A stretch of 64,000 nucleotides of DNA from Dehalococcoidia bacterium (lineage in GTDB: Bacteria > Chloroflexota > Dehalococcoidia > UBA2979): contig CAXXDN010000001.1 of the NCBI GenBank assembly GCA_963667465.2, forward strand, positions 131,675-195,674, given 5' to 3'. The translations under genes and the position numbers were made by a program. Shown one piece after another: positions 52,590 to 61,959 of the stretch. The notes under the pieces are model-generated. The model saw only the letters and a list, made by a program, of their open reading frames with translations, searched no databases and was not told where the DNA came from. How positions within the stretch are numbered: position 1 is the first letter of the stretch; every line of letters starts with the position of its first letter.

Positions 52590-52904
52590 CTACCACTTCA
52601 GCTCGCTCGCATCGTCGACGTAGGCGGTGCGGCGCTCGCGGAAGATGCGCAGCACGATGCCGAGCGCCAGGCCGACCTCGGCGGCGGCCACAGTGATGAT
52701 GAAGATCGCGAAGATCACGCCGGTGAAAGCCTCGTGGTCGAAGTAGGCGGCGAACGCCACCATGTTGATCGTCGTCGCGGCCAGCATCAGCTCGACGGAG
52801 ACGAGGATCAGGATCGCGCTGCGGCGGGCGAGCACGCCGTAGAAGCCGATGCCGAACAGCACGGCGGAGAGCACGAGGAAGTTCTCGATCGGGATGTCGC
52901 TCAC
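52590..52904 (-). CDS. nuoK: NADH-quinone oxidoreductase subunit K
   Basis: 104 aa with 3 TM helices. Contains LVSVELMLAATTINMVAF...AAAEVGLALGIVL. Confidence 0.92.
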   Translation of the reverse strand: MSDIPIENFLVLSAVLFGIGFYGVLARRSAILILVSVELMLAATTINMVAFAAYFDHEAFTGVIFAIFIITVAAAEVGLALGIVLRIFRERRTAYVDDASELKW

Positions 52905-53569
52905 GAGGACTCGCCCTCCTCGACCGCGTCGTCATCCTCGTCACGGTCGCGCCGCGCCACGGCGACGGCGCCGATCAGCGCCACGATCAGCACCAGCGAG
53001 GCGATCTCGAAGGGCGCGCCGAAGTCACGGAAGAGCCGCTCGCCGAGCGTGCTGAAGGGCGCGACGACGGGCTCGGTGTTCTCCCACCGCTGGTCAACGA
53101 GCGCCACAGCGATGACGGCGGCGAGCAGGATGCCAACGAGGAAGGCAAACGGCTTCTGTGCGCCGTCGGACACCTTCGGGTCTTCGCTGGCGTTGGTGAG
53201 CATCAGACCGAAGAGCAGCAACACGGTCACGCCGCCGCCGTAGATCAGCACCTGGACCAGCGCCAGGAACTCGGAGCCCAGCAGCAGGAAGATCCCCGCC
53301 ACGCCGAGCAGCGCCACCACGAGCGAAAGCGTGGCGTGCACGATGTTGGGCAGCAGCACGGCGCCAAGCGCCCCGAGGATGATCACCGCGGCGGCGAGCC
53401 AGAAGACCAGCTCCGCCGCCGTGATCTCGTCGAAGATCAGCAGCGCGAGCAGGACGACCACGACCGGCGTGATCAGCGCGCCGGCGACGAGGCCCGCGAA
53501 GATGACGATCCGATCGAGTTGCTGGGGGAAGGGGATGCGTTCTAGCAGTTCAAGCACCGCGCGCCCCAC
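52901..53569 (-). CDS. nuoJ: NADH-quinone oxidoreductase subunit J
   Basis: Contains SEFLALVQVLIYGGGVTVLLLFGLML. The start is uncertain because of a possible N-terminal extension. Confidence 0.85.
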   Translation of the reverse strand: MGRAVLELLERIPFPQQLDRIVIFAGLVAGALITPVVVVLLALLIFDEITAAELVFWLAAAVIILGALGAVLLPNIVHATLSLVVALLGVAGIFLLLGSEFLALVQVLIYGGGVTVLLLFGLMLTNASEDPKVSDGAQKPFAFLVGILLAAVIAVALVDQRWENTEPVVAPFSTLGERLFRDFGAPFEIASLVLIVALIGAVAVARRDRDEDDDAVEEGESS

Positions 53570-53626
53570 CGTATCGCCGCGGTCTCCTGCCCTCGGGGCG
53601 CTCGCCCCCCGGGACCGGGACCGGCC

Positions 53627-54100
53627 CTAGATATCGGCGACCCACTCGTCAAGTTCACCCGCGCGATGCTGGGCGAGCAGCTGCGGCAGGTCCATCACCA
53701 GGTCCGACCGGTCGTATACGGACAACTCGTGGCCGGTCCAGGTGTTGTTCATGGCGATTGCCTCGAAGTTGCACACCTCGACGCAGATGTTGCAGCGCAT
53801 GCAGCGCGCGTAGTCGATCCAGAACTTGTCGATAATCTTGCGGCGCCGCGAGGTTCCGCCCTGGTTCTCGTGGTTGGGGTTGTCCTTCATCAGGACGGTC
53901 ATGCACTCGACCGGGCAGGCGCGCTCGCAGGCGTGGCAGCCGGTGCAGTAGGGCTCGTCGACGTGGTCGTCCCAGAGCAGGATCGGGAACGCGCGATCGC
54001 GCTCCGGCAGGTCGTGGTGCCCTTCCGGGTACTGCCGCGTGACCGGACGCCTCGCGAACGTCGAGAGCGTCGTCACCATGCTCTTCAGGAGGCCCTTCAT
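53627..54100 (-). CDS. nuoI: NADH-quinone oxidoreductase subunit I
   Basis: Two 4Fe-4S ferredoxin motifs, CTGCHACERACP and CMRCNICVEVC. Confidence 0.92.
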   Translation of the reverse strand: MKGLLKSMVTTLSTFARRPVTRQYPEGHHDLPERDRAFPILLWDDHVDEPYCTGCHACERACPVECMTVLMKDNPNHENQGGTSRRRKIIDKFWIDYARCMRCNICVEVCNFEAIAMNNTWTGHELSVYDRSDLVMDLPQLLAQHRAGELDEWVADI

Positions 54101-54184
54101 GGCCGGGAGCCTTTCACGCCCGCACCTTATGCGGTAGTACCCGCAGGCGCGAGTCTGCCCCGCCGCCCGTCCGGGTCGCGAGGC

Positions 54185-55315
54185 TCACGAGGCCGCCTCC
54201 GCCTGGGCCACCGGCCGCGCCAGCTGCCGGGGGCGGCGGCGCGTGATGCCGTGCTCGACGATCACGTAGAGCAGCACCAGCCCGATCACGTTCGGGACCA
54301 GCAGGAACACGTCTGGCCACTCGTACACGAGGATCAGCCCGTTCCCGAGGATCAGCGCGAACGACAGCGGCATCAGCACCTTCCAGGAGAAGGCCATCAG
54401 CTGGTCGATGCGCATCCGCGGCACGGTCACCCGCACCCAGAACACGCTGAAGATCAGCAGCCCGGTCTTCGCGCTCGTCAGCACGACCTGCCAGAGGAAC
54501 CCGGCGTCCTCGCCCAGCGGCCAGGCCCAGCCACCGAGGAACACCGCCGAGGCGAGCAGGCAGAGGATGAACAGCCCCGCGTACTCCGCGAGGAAGAACA
54601 TCGACCAGCGGATCCCGCTGTACTCGACGAACGGCCCGCCGACCACCTCGGACTCCCCGATCGGGATGTCGAAGGGTGTGCGGTTCAGTTCGGCCAGCAT
54701 CGCGACGTAGAAGATCGCGAACGCCAGCGGCTGCCAGACGATGTAGGGGATGTGGCCTTGCTGCCCGGTGATCTCGTTGAGGTTGAGGCTGCCGGCGACC
54801 ATCGCCACGGCCAGCACCGCGAGGATCAGCGGCACCTCGTAGGAGATGCCCTGCGCGGCCGCGCGCAGCGCGCCGATCATCGCGTAGCGGTTGTCCGAGG
54901 ACCATCCCGCCATCACCCAGCCGACGACGTTCACCGAGCTGATCGCGATCACGTAGAACAGGCCGAGCTCCAGCACCCGCACGTTCCAGTCGAACGCGAA
55001 CGGGATCGCGACGAAGCCCATGAAGACCGGGACGAACACGACGAAGACGGCGAACTCGAAGACCAGCGGGTCCGCGTTCCTCGGCCGCAGGTCTTCCTTG
55101 CCGAGCAGCTTGAGCGCGTCGGCGAGGGACTGGAGCAGGCCCAGCGGCCCGGTCCGCGTCGGGCCGAGGCGCATCTGGAAGCGTGCGATGATCTTGCGCT
55201 CGATGTAGATCAGCCCCATCACGACGACGGTCATCATGCCGACGATCAGGAGCAGCCGGATGATCGCGTCCACCCAGACGTTGACGGTCGAGAAGCCGAA
55301 CAGCTCGGTGTTCAT
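54185..55315 (-). CDS. nuoH: NADH-quinone oxidoreductase subunit H
   Basis: Starts MNTELFG (ATG at 55315 verified). Contains RKIIARFQMRLGPTRTGPLGLLQSLADALKL and AELNRTPFDIPIGESE. Confidence 0.92.
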   Translation of the reverse strand: MNTELFGFSTVNVWVDAIIRLLLIVGMMTVVVMGLIYIERKIIARFQMRLGPTRTGPLGLLQSLADALKLLGKEDLRPRNADPLVFEFAVFVVFVPVFMGFVAIPFAFDWNVRVLELGLFYVIAISSVNVVGWVMAGWSSDNRYAMIGALRAAAQGISYEVPLILAVLAVAMVAGSLNLNEITGQQGHIPYIVWQPLAFAIFYVAMLAELNRTPFDIPIGESEVVGGPFVEYSGIRWSMFFLAEYAGLFILCLLASAVFLGGWAWPLGEDAGFLWQVVLTSAKTGLLIFSVFWVRVTVPRMRIDQLMAFSWKVLMPLSFALILGNGLILVYEWPDVFLLVPNVIGLVLLYVIVEHGITRRRPRQLARPVAQAEAAS

Positions 55316-56454
55316 CGGTCGACCTCGCAGAGCACGATGTCGAGCGAGCCGAGGACGACGACCGCGTCGGCGATGTAGCCGCCGATCGTCATGTCGCGCA
55401 GCGCCTGCAGGTTGGAAAGGCAGGCGGAGCGAATCTTGAGGCGGTGCGGGCGGTTGCCGCCCTTGCTCACCAGGTAGATGCCGTACTCGCCGCGCGGCGC
55501 CTCGGTGCGCGTGTAGACCTCGCCGGGCGGGGTGCGCAGCATGCGAGGCAGCCGGTCCGGGACGATCGGCCCCGGCTCGAGCCGCTCGAGGCACTGCTCG
55601 ATGATGCGGATCGACTGCCACATCTCGTTGATGCGGCACTGGAAGCGGTCGAACACGTCCCCGTGCTCACCCGTGATCACGTCGAAGTCGACCTGGTCGT
55701 AGAAGAGGTAGGGCTCGTCCTTGCGGATGTCCATCGGCACGCCGCTGGCGCGCAGCGTCGGGCCGCTCGCGCCCCAGTCGAGCGCGTCCGCGGCACTGAG
55801 GTGGCCGACGCCCTCGGTGCGCGCGCGGAAGATCTCGTTCTGCGTCATCAGCCCGTCGAGGTCCTTGATACCGCGGCGCGAGAGCTCCAGCGTCTCGCGC
55901 ACACGCGCCTCGAAGTTGCCGGGCACCTCCCAGGCGAGGCCGCCCGCGCGGAAGTAGGCGAACATCAGGCGGTCGCCGGCGACCTCCTCGAACAGGTCCT
56001 GGATGAACTCGCGCTCGCGGAAGGCGTAGGTGAACGCCGTGCCGAAGACGCCGACGTCCGTCCCGAACGCGCCGAGGAACATGAAGTGGCTGGACAACCG
56101 GTTCAGCTCGCAGAGGATCATGCGGATCCACTGCGCGCGCTCCGGCACCTCGAGCTCCGCGAGTTGCTCGACGGCCATCACGTAGGAGAGTTCGGCATTG
56201 AAGTTCGCCAGGTACTCGGTGCGGTCCATGTAGCCGATGCCCTGGCGGTAGTCCATCGTCTCGCAGAGCTTCTCTGCCCCGCGGTGCATGTAGCCGATGT
56301 GCGGCGTCACGTCGGTGACGAGCTCGCCGTCGATGGTCAGGACCATGCGGAAGACGCCGTGCGTCGAGGGGTGCTGCGGCCCCATGTTGATCATGATGTC
56401 CTGGGTCTCGAACTCGTGATCGAAGGTGGGGGTGTCCGGCACGGCGCTGGTCAC
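55312..56454 (-). CDS. nuoD: NADH-quinone oxidoreductase subunit D
   Basis: 380 aa. Contains INMGPQHPSTHGVFRM and a C-terminal LGSLDIVLCEVDR. It directly abuts nuoH, with no nuoEFG between them. Confidence 0.93.
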   Translation of the reverse strand: MTSAVPDTPTFDHEFETQDIMINMGPQHPSTHGVFRMVLTIDGELVTDVTPHIGYMHRGAEKLCETMDYRQGIGYMDRTEYLANFNAELSYVMAVEQLAELEVPERAQWIRMILCELNRLSSHFMFLGAFGTDVGVFGTAFTYAFREREFIQDLFEEVAGDRLMFAYFRAGGLAWEVPGNFEARVRETLELSRRGIKDLDGLMTQNEIFRARTEGVGHLSAADALDWGASGPTLRASGVPMDIRKDEPYLFYDQVDFDVITGEHGDVFDRFQCRINEMWQSIRIIEQCLERLEPGPIVPDRLPRMLRTPPGEVYTRTEAPRGEYGIYLVSKGGNRPHRLKIRSACLSNLQALRDMTIGGYIADAVVVLGSLDIVLCEVDR

Positions 56455-56975
56455 GGCTGCACCCCCTCGCCGTAGGCGATGCCCTCGCCCTGCAGCACCT
56501 CGATCTCGGCGAGCGGGTGCTCCTTGCGCAGCGGGAAGGTGTCGTCCATGTCGTCGGGCAGCAGCAGCGTGCGCGGGTCCGGATGGCCCTCGAAGCGTAC
56601 GCCGAACATCTCCGCGGTCTCGCGCTCGAGCCAGTTGGCCGCGCGCCAGACCGTGGTCGCCGTGCCGACCGTCAGGTCGTCGTTCGGCAGCCGGGTCTTG
56701 ACCGTGAGGTTGAGCTTCTGCGTGGAAGAGTAAAGGTGGTAGACGATGTCGATCCCCTCGTCCTCCCAGTCGACGCCGCTGAGGCAGCGCAGGTAGTCGA
56801 AGGCGAGGTCGGCATTGCCCCTGAGGGCGCGCAGGCCGCGGATCACCTCGTCGCGGGGGATCGTGACGATCAGGTCCTGCGCGCCGCGCTCAGGATCGGC
56901 GGTGATACCGGCGAGGCAGGCGTCGACCTGCGGCCAGATGGTGCTCTCGAGGCCGTCCGCGTCGCCGTTCGTCAT
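56451..56975 (-). CDS. nuoC: NADH-quinone oxidoreductase subunit C
   Basis: 174 aa from MTNGDADG. Contains [24 protein letters not shown]. Confidence 0.9.
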   Translation of the reverse strand: MTNGDADGLESTIWPQVDACLAGITADPERGAQDLIVTIPRDEVIRGLRALRGNADLAFDYLRCLSGVDWEDEGIDIVYHLYSSTQKLNLTVKTRLPNDDLTVGTATTVWRAANWLERETAEMFGVRFEGHPDPRTLLLPDDMDDTFPLRKEHPLAEIEVLQGEGIAYGEGVQP

Positions 56976-57607
56976 CGGCCGGTCGCTCCGCGCTCCTCCA
57001 TGATCTTCTCCTGGAGGGCCACGAAGCCGTCGAGCAGCGCCTCCGGCCGCGGCGGGCAGCCGGGCACGTAGACGTCCACCGGCACGATCTTGTCGACGCC
57101 CTGCAGCACGCGGTCGTAACGGGTGTAGGGGCCGCCGTTGGTGGCGCAGGCGCCCATCGAGATCACCCACTTGGGATTCGGCATCTGCTCGTAAAGCAGC
57201 TTCACCGCCGGCGCCATCTTCTTCGTCACCGTCCCGGCGACGATCATCACGTCCGACTGGCGCGGCGAGGGCCACGGCACGATCCCGAAGCGATCGAGGT
57301 CGTAGTGCGACATGTAGGTCGCGATCATCTCGATCGCGCAGCAGGCGAGGCCGAACGTCATCGGCCACAGCGAGGACTTGCGGGCGGCGGCGATCACGAG
57401 GTCCGCCGGAGCCTGCATCACGCCCGGCAGCACGATCTTGTAGAGCGCCTTGCCCGGGGTCGCCTCGACGGGGGTGAGCCTCGGCAGCTCCGCCGGGTGC
57501 TCCTGCGGGGGCGAGTACGGCATCAGTGGCAGCGGCGCGACCTCGGGCCGTGTCGCTGGGGGAGCGGTGGTGGTTTCGGTGGTTCCGGTCGCCGGTCCTA
57601 CCGCCAT
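56972..57607 (-). CDS. nuoB: NADH-quinone oxidoreductase subunit B (with a Pro/Thr-rich N-terminal extension if the start at 57607 is used)
   Basis: Contains [27 protein letters not shown] and [11 protein letters not shown]. The start is uncertain; internal Met codons are alternatives. Confidence 0.88.
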   Translation of the reverse strand: MAVGPATGTTETTTAPPATRPEVAPLPLMPYSPPQEHPAELPRLTPVEATPGKALYKIVLPGVMQAPADLVIAAARKSSLWPMTFGLACCAIEMIATYMSHYDLDRFGIVPWPSPRQSDVMIVAGTVTKKMAPAVKLLYEQMPNPKWVISMGACATNGGPYTRYDRVLQGVDKIVPVDVYVPGCPPRPEALLDGFVALQEKIMEERGATGR

Positions 57608-58002
57608 TGGAGCGCTCCCTTCTTCCAGGCGTACGCGAAGCCGACGCCCAGGATGCCCACGAAGAGCAGCATCTCGAAGTATGCCTGCGGCCCCACGTCC
57701 ACGAAGGAGAGCGCCCACGGGAAGATGAAGACCGCCTCGACGTCGAAGATGATAAAGAGGATGGCGTACAGGTAGAAGCGCATGCCCACGTTGGTGCTGG
57801 TGCGCCGCACGGGCAGCATGCCGCACTCGTAGGTCGTGGCCTTGTGCCGCTCGTTGGAGAAGGGGGCGATCAGGCGGGCGCCGATGAGGGCGGTGATGAC
57901 GAGAACGAAGCCCACGCCTGTCGCGAGGAGCACGGCCAGATAGTTGTTGAACAGCGCGTCCAATGCCTTGTCCCAGCCGCGTGTGCCGGCGCTGGCCGCC
58001 AC
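57598..58002 (-). CDS. nuoA: NADH-quinone oxidoreductase subunit A
   Basis: Contains TYECGMLPV...[23 protein letters not shown]. The GTG at 58002 or a downstream TTG could be the start. Confidence 0.88.
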   Translation of the reverse strand: MAASAGTRGWDKALDALFNNYLAVLLATGVGFVLVITALIGARLIAPFSNERHKATTYECGMLPVRRTSTNVGMRFYLYAILFIIFDVEAVFIFPWALSFVDVGPQAYFEMLLFVGILGVGFAYAWKKGALQWR

Positions 58003-58077
58003 CTGCTGCGGGGCGGATCGAGGCCCTGCGGCAACGTAGCAGCGGCCCCCCGCATGGTCAACGCAGACGGGGTGCGC

Positions 58078-58473
58078 TCAGGCCAGCCGCTCGATCCCCG
58101 GAGCGAGGTCGAAACCGCGGTCGAAGCTCAGGATGCGGTTGGTTCCCGCCTTCCGCATCACAGCCAGGTGCAGGGCGTCTCGCGCTGAGATCCCGTCCAC
58201 GGCACCGATGATGTCCCGCGCCACCCGAATCTCGGACATCCCGAAGTCCAGCACATCGTCCGCTATTCCATCGAGGCTCTCGAAGGCGGCGTCAATCGCA
58301 GCAGGCCGCTTAATCGCCGTGTAGCGATGGAGTATCTCCTGGTACACCTCAACATCGGTGATGAGCTGTTCGCGGTCGCTCACGAGCCGCGTGAGGATCG
58401 CGGAGGCACGATCCTTGTACGGGTGGGCAGCGCCGACGAGGTACATGGGAACGTTCGAGTCGACGAAGATCAA
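58078..58473 (-). CDS. vapC: type II toxin, PIN-domain VapC family
   Basis: 131 aa. Starts MIFVDSNVPMY and contains ...ARDALHLAVMRKAGTNRILSFDRGFD. Confidence 0.85.
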   Translation of the reverse strand: MIFVDSNVPMYLVGAAHPYKDRASAILTRLVSDREQLITDVEVYQEILHRYTAIKRPAAIDAAFESLDGIADDVLDFGMSEIRVARDIIGAVDGISARDALHLAVMRKAGTNRILSFDRGFDLAPGIERLA

Positions 58474-58715
58474 TCGAGGCGCTGCCCTGCCGCGATCTCC
58501 TCAAGCATGTCGTCGATATCGGCCGTTGGGAACTCGTGCTGAGTTGCCTTCGCAATGGCGCGCAGCTTGGCGTCGACCGTTCCTTGACGGTCTGCCCGAG
58601 CCTGCCGCAGCGCTTGCCGAACCCACTCCGCGAGCGTCATGCGCTGCCTCCGGGCCACGCCCTGGATTTCGAGATACTCTTCCTCGTCAAGCAGCACCTG
58701 TAGTCGCTTTGCCAT
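58470..58715 (-). CDS. vapB: type II antitoxin, ribbon-helix-helix (CopG/VapB-like)
   Basis: 81 aa. MAKRLQVLLDEEEYLEIQGVARRQRMTLAEWVRQALRQ forms an RHH motif. It overlaps the vapC start by 4 nt. Confidence 0.8.
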   Translation of the reverse strand: MAKRLQVLLDEEEYLEIQGVARRQRMTLAEWVRQALRQARADRQGTVDAKLRAIAKATQHEFPTADIDDMLEEIAAGQRLD

Positions 58716-58774
58716 ATCAGCAGTATGATTGACTCATCCGCGATGAGTCAACCGCCCGGAGCCGAGCACCTGAG

Positions 58775-59221
58775 ATGACTCTGCTCGCACTCCGCCTCCT
58801 CACCCTCGCAGCCCTCGCGCTCGCCGCGGGAGCGGCACTGCTCGCGTGCGGCACCGAGGGCGAGCCCTGCCCCGAGGGCAGCGAGCGCTCCGCCGAGTAC
58901 CCAGCTTCTGCTCGACCGCAGCACGCCCGGCGGCGGCAAGGTCAGCGAGGAAGAGTGGGCCGCCTTCCTCGCCGACACCGTGACACCGCGCTTCCCGGAC
59001 GGGCTGACGGTGCTCGACGCCGCGGGCCAGTGGCGCGACTCGACGGGGCCGTCCAGCGCGAACGCGCGAAGGTACTGAGGATCCTTACCCCGCCCGGCGA
59101 CAAGGCGCGGCGGCTGATCGACGAGATCTCCGGGGAGTACGAGCGGCGCTTCCAGCAGGAGCCGGTGCTGCGCAGCCTCGGCGCCACCTGCACCTCGTTC
59201 TCGCAGGAAACTCAGGCTCGT
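58775..59221 (+). pseudogene. DUF3574-like lipoprotein gene remnant with at least two frameshifts
   Basis: A lipobox signal (LALAAGAALLACG) lies in frame 1. The DUF3574-like core (STPGGGKVSEEEWAAFLADTVTPRFPDGLTVLDAAGQWRD) lies in frame 2 from about 58902 and ends in a stop. The continuation (VQRERAKVLRILTPPGDKARRLIDEISGEYERRFQQEPVL) returns to frame 1. The 3' limit is approximate. Confidence 0.55.
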
Positions 59222-59228
59222 AGCGCCC

Positions 59229-60905
59229 TCAGACCAGGCCGCGCACCTCGCCGCCGGGGCCGAGGTCGAAGCCGAGCGCGTTCGGCTGCGCGGGCAGCCC
59301 GGGCAGCGTGATGATCGGCCCCGCGAGCGCGATGATCTGCCGCGCGCCCGCCGCCACCCGCAGCTCGACAATCGGGAATGTGTGCCCGGTCGGGACCCCC
59401 CGGCGGTCCTGGAACGCCGAGAGCGAGAGGTGCGTCTTCGCGACGCAGATCGGGAAGTCCCAGCCGTTCCGCTCGAAGCGGCGGGCCGTCGTGCGGGTGA
59501 GCGGGCCCCAGCTCACCCCGTCGGCTCGATAAATCTCGCGCGCGAGCGTCTCGATCTTCCCGAACACGCCCGCGTCGTCCTCGTAGAGCAGCCGCACCTG
59601 CGAGGGTTGCTCGACCGCCGAGGCGACGGCCTCGGCCAGCTCGGTCATACCCGCGCCGCCCTCGCTGAAGCCCTTCGCCTCGACGGCAGCCAGCGCGCCC
59701 GCCTCGAGGGCGACACGCTGCGCGATCGCGATCTCCTCCGGGGTGTCGGCCGGGTAGCGGTTGATCGCAACGACGGCGGGCAGGCCGTAGCCGCGGACGA
59801 CACCGATCGCGTTGCGCAGGTTGGCGGCGCCCTCCTCGACGGCCTTCGTGTCGGGCTCGCCGAGGGCGTCCCGCCCCACGCCGCCGTGCCAGCGCAGCCC
59901 GCGGATCGTGGCGACGACGACCGCCGCCGCGGGCTCCGGGCCGCCCTGGCGGATCTTGATGTCCATGAACTTCTCGAAGCCGAGGTCGACACCGAAGCCC
60001 GCCTCGGTGACCGCGAGCTCGCCTGTGGCCAGCGCCAGCCGGTCGGCGATGATCGAGGAACAGCCGTGCGCGATGTTGCCGAAGGGCCCGGAGTGCACGA
60101 TCGCCGGTTGGCCCTCGGCGGTCTGCACCAGGTTCGGCTTCAGCGCGTCCTTGAGCAGCACCATCATCGCGCCGACACAGTTCAGTTCGGCGGCGCGCAC
60201 GGGCCGGTCGTCCTCGGTCCAGCCGACGACGATCTCGGAGAGGCGCAGCCGCAGGTCGTCGTAGTCCGAGGCGAGCGCGACGATGGCCATGATCTCCGAC
60301 GACGCCGAGATGTCGAACCCGGTGTCGCGCAGCGGCCCGTCGGCGCGTCCGCCGACGCCGGTCACGATCCGTCGCAGCGCGCGGTCCTCGGCGTCCGTCA
60401 CCCGCCGCCAGGTGATGCCACCGGGGGCGAAGCCGTCGATCAGCCGGGAGCGCGCCGCGTTGTCGGCCATCGCTGCGAGGAAGTTGTGCGCGGACTGGAT
60501 CGCGTGGAAGTCGCCGGTGAAGTGCAGGTTGATGTCCGCCGCCGGCTCGACAGTCGCCAGTCCACCGCCGGAACCGCCGCCCTTCATGCCGAAGAGCGGC
60601 CCCAGCGAGGGTTGCCGAATCGCGAGCACGGCGCGTTTCCCGATCTTCGCGAGCCCGTCCGTGAGCCCGATCGAGGTGGTGGTCTTGCCCTCGCCGGCCG
60701 GCGTCGGCGTGATCGCCGTGACAACGACCAGCTTCCCGGAGGCGCCGCCCTGCGGGATCGCCTCCAGCGGCACCTTCACCTTGTCGCGGCCGTACGGCTC
60801 GATCGCCTCCCAATCGAGGCCGAGCTGCCCGACCACCTCGCGCATCGCGCGCACGGCGACCTCCCTGATAGTACCTACCCCTGTGGAGGGTACCGGATCG
60901 CGCAT
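59229..60905 (-). CDS. fhs: formate--tetrahydrofolate ligase
   Basis: 558 aa from the ATG at 60905. Contains VVVTAITPTPAGEGKTTTSIGL, EPAADINLHFTGDFHA and PFGNIAHGCSS. Confidence 0.93.
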   Translation of the reverse strand: MRDPVPSTGVGTIREVAVRAMREVVGQLGLDWEAIEPYGRDKVKVPLEAIPQGGASGKLVVVTAITPTPAGEGKTTTSIGLTDGLAKIGKRAVLAIRQPSLGPLFGMKGGGSGGGLATVEPAADINLHFTGDFHAIQSAHNFLAAMADNAARSRLIDGFAPGGITWRRVTDAEDRALRRIVTGVGGRADGPLRDTGFDISASSEIMAIVALASDYDDLRLRLSEIVVGWTEDDRPVRAAELNCVGAMMVLLKDALKPNLVQTAEGQPAIVHSGPFGNIAHGCSSIIADRLALATGELAVTEAGFGVDLGFEKFMDIKIRQGGPEPAAAVVVATIRGLRWHGGVGRDALGEPDTKAVEEGAANLRNAIGVVRGYGLPAVVAINRYPADTPEEIAIAQRVALEAGALAAVEAKGFSEGGAGMTELAEAVASAVEQPSQVRLLYEDDAGVFGKIETLAREIYRADGVSWGPLTRTTARRFERNGWDFPICVAKTHLSLSAFQDRRGVPTGHTFPIVELRVAAGARQIIALAGPIITLPGLPAQPNALGFDLGPGGEVRGLV

Positions 60906-60939
60906 GCGACCCGCCGTAACGCCTGGAGATCGCTGCCCG

Positions 60940-61899
60940 CTAGCCCCGGCCCACCGCCTCGTCGATGCGCGCCAGCAACTCCGCATCCAGGGGGCCGCGC
61001 GCCTCGGCGTCGGCGCACTCGCGCAACTCCTCGCGGTTCTTGACGCCCAGCACGACGGTCGAGACGCCCGGCATCGAGAGCGCGTAGCGGTGCGCGAGCG
61101 CGGCCGGCGACTCGCCGAGCTCGCGCGCGAGGTGGCGGAACGGCGCGGCGCGATCGAAGTCGGCCGCGTCGCCGTGCCCTTCAGGCAAATCGCGGTCGAT
61201 CGCGTCGGTGAGGGCGCCGGCCTGCACGGCGCGGATGCCCATCACAGCGACGCCCGCCTCGCCAGCCGCGGCGATCACCTCGCGCGGGCGCAGCGCGCCT
61301 TCGAAGCGCTGGATCGCCCCCGCCGAGTCGAGGAGGTTGGCGATGCACTGCACCGCGCCGGGCGGCGTTGCGGAGCGGAGCGTCGCAATCACGGCGTCGG
61401 GCACGCCGATGCCCGTGATGCCCCACGCGCCCGCCAGCCCCTCCGCCACCAGGCCCTCCAGCGCCGGCCGCACGGCCTCCTCGAAGAGTGTGAGCGGCGT
61501 GCCCAGGTAGCGATCGGCGTCGGCAGCGGCGACGAGCAGGTTGTGCACGATGAACACGTCGACACGATCGAGGCGCAGCCGCGCGAGACTCTCCGTGAGG
61601 CTCGAGCGCAGCAGGTCCGCCACCTCCGAGGCCGGCGGCGCGCCGACGCGGCACTTGGTCGAGACGCGCACGCCGCCCGGGAGCCGCCCGCCGAACGCCT
61701 CGCCGATGACTCGCTCCGCCTCCCCGTCGCCGTAAGTCGGCGCGACGTCGAGCAGGGTGATGCCGAGCTCGATCGCCTCGCGCGTCGTGGCGACGCACTC
61801 CTCGCAGGTCGTCGCGCCCCAGACCTGGCCAATCCCCCCGCCGCCGAGGGTGAGCGCGCTCACGTCGTATCCGAGGCTGCCGAACGCACGTTGCTCCAT
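60940..61899 (-). CDS. aldo/keto reductase
   Basis: Starts MEQRAFGSLGYDVSALTLGGGGIG. Contains DVAPTYGDGEAERVIG and ...VFIVHN. The ATG at 61899 was verified. Confidence 0.85.
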   Translation of the reverse strand: MEQRAFGSLGYDVSALTLGGGGIGQVWGATTCEECVATTREAIELGITLLDVAPTYGDGEAERVIGEAFGGRLPGGVRVSTKCRVGAPPASEVADLLRSSLTESLARLRLDRVDVFIVHNLLVAAADADRYLGTPLTLFEEAVRPALEGLVAEGLAGAWGITGIGVPDAVIATLRSATPPGAVQCIANLLDSAGAIQRFEGALRPREVIAAAGEAGVAVMGIRAVQAGALTDAIDRDLPEGHGDAADFDRAAPFRHLARELGESPAALAHRYALSMPGVSTVVLGVKNREELRECADAEARGPLDAELLARIDEAVGRG

Positions 61900-61959
61900 G
61901 CCGCGAGCGTAGCGCCCGCGCTTGCGGCGAGACAATGGGGCAGTGGAGACGCGCTGGCG

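Noticed and set aside
58775-59311. Intact 178-aa lipoprotein gene as given in the ORF track.
   Set aside because: Its central third is an Arg-rich out-of-frame reading of a DUF3574-like segment, and its 3' end overlaps fhs. It is better explained as a frameshifted remnant.
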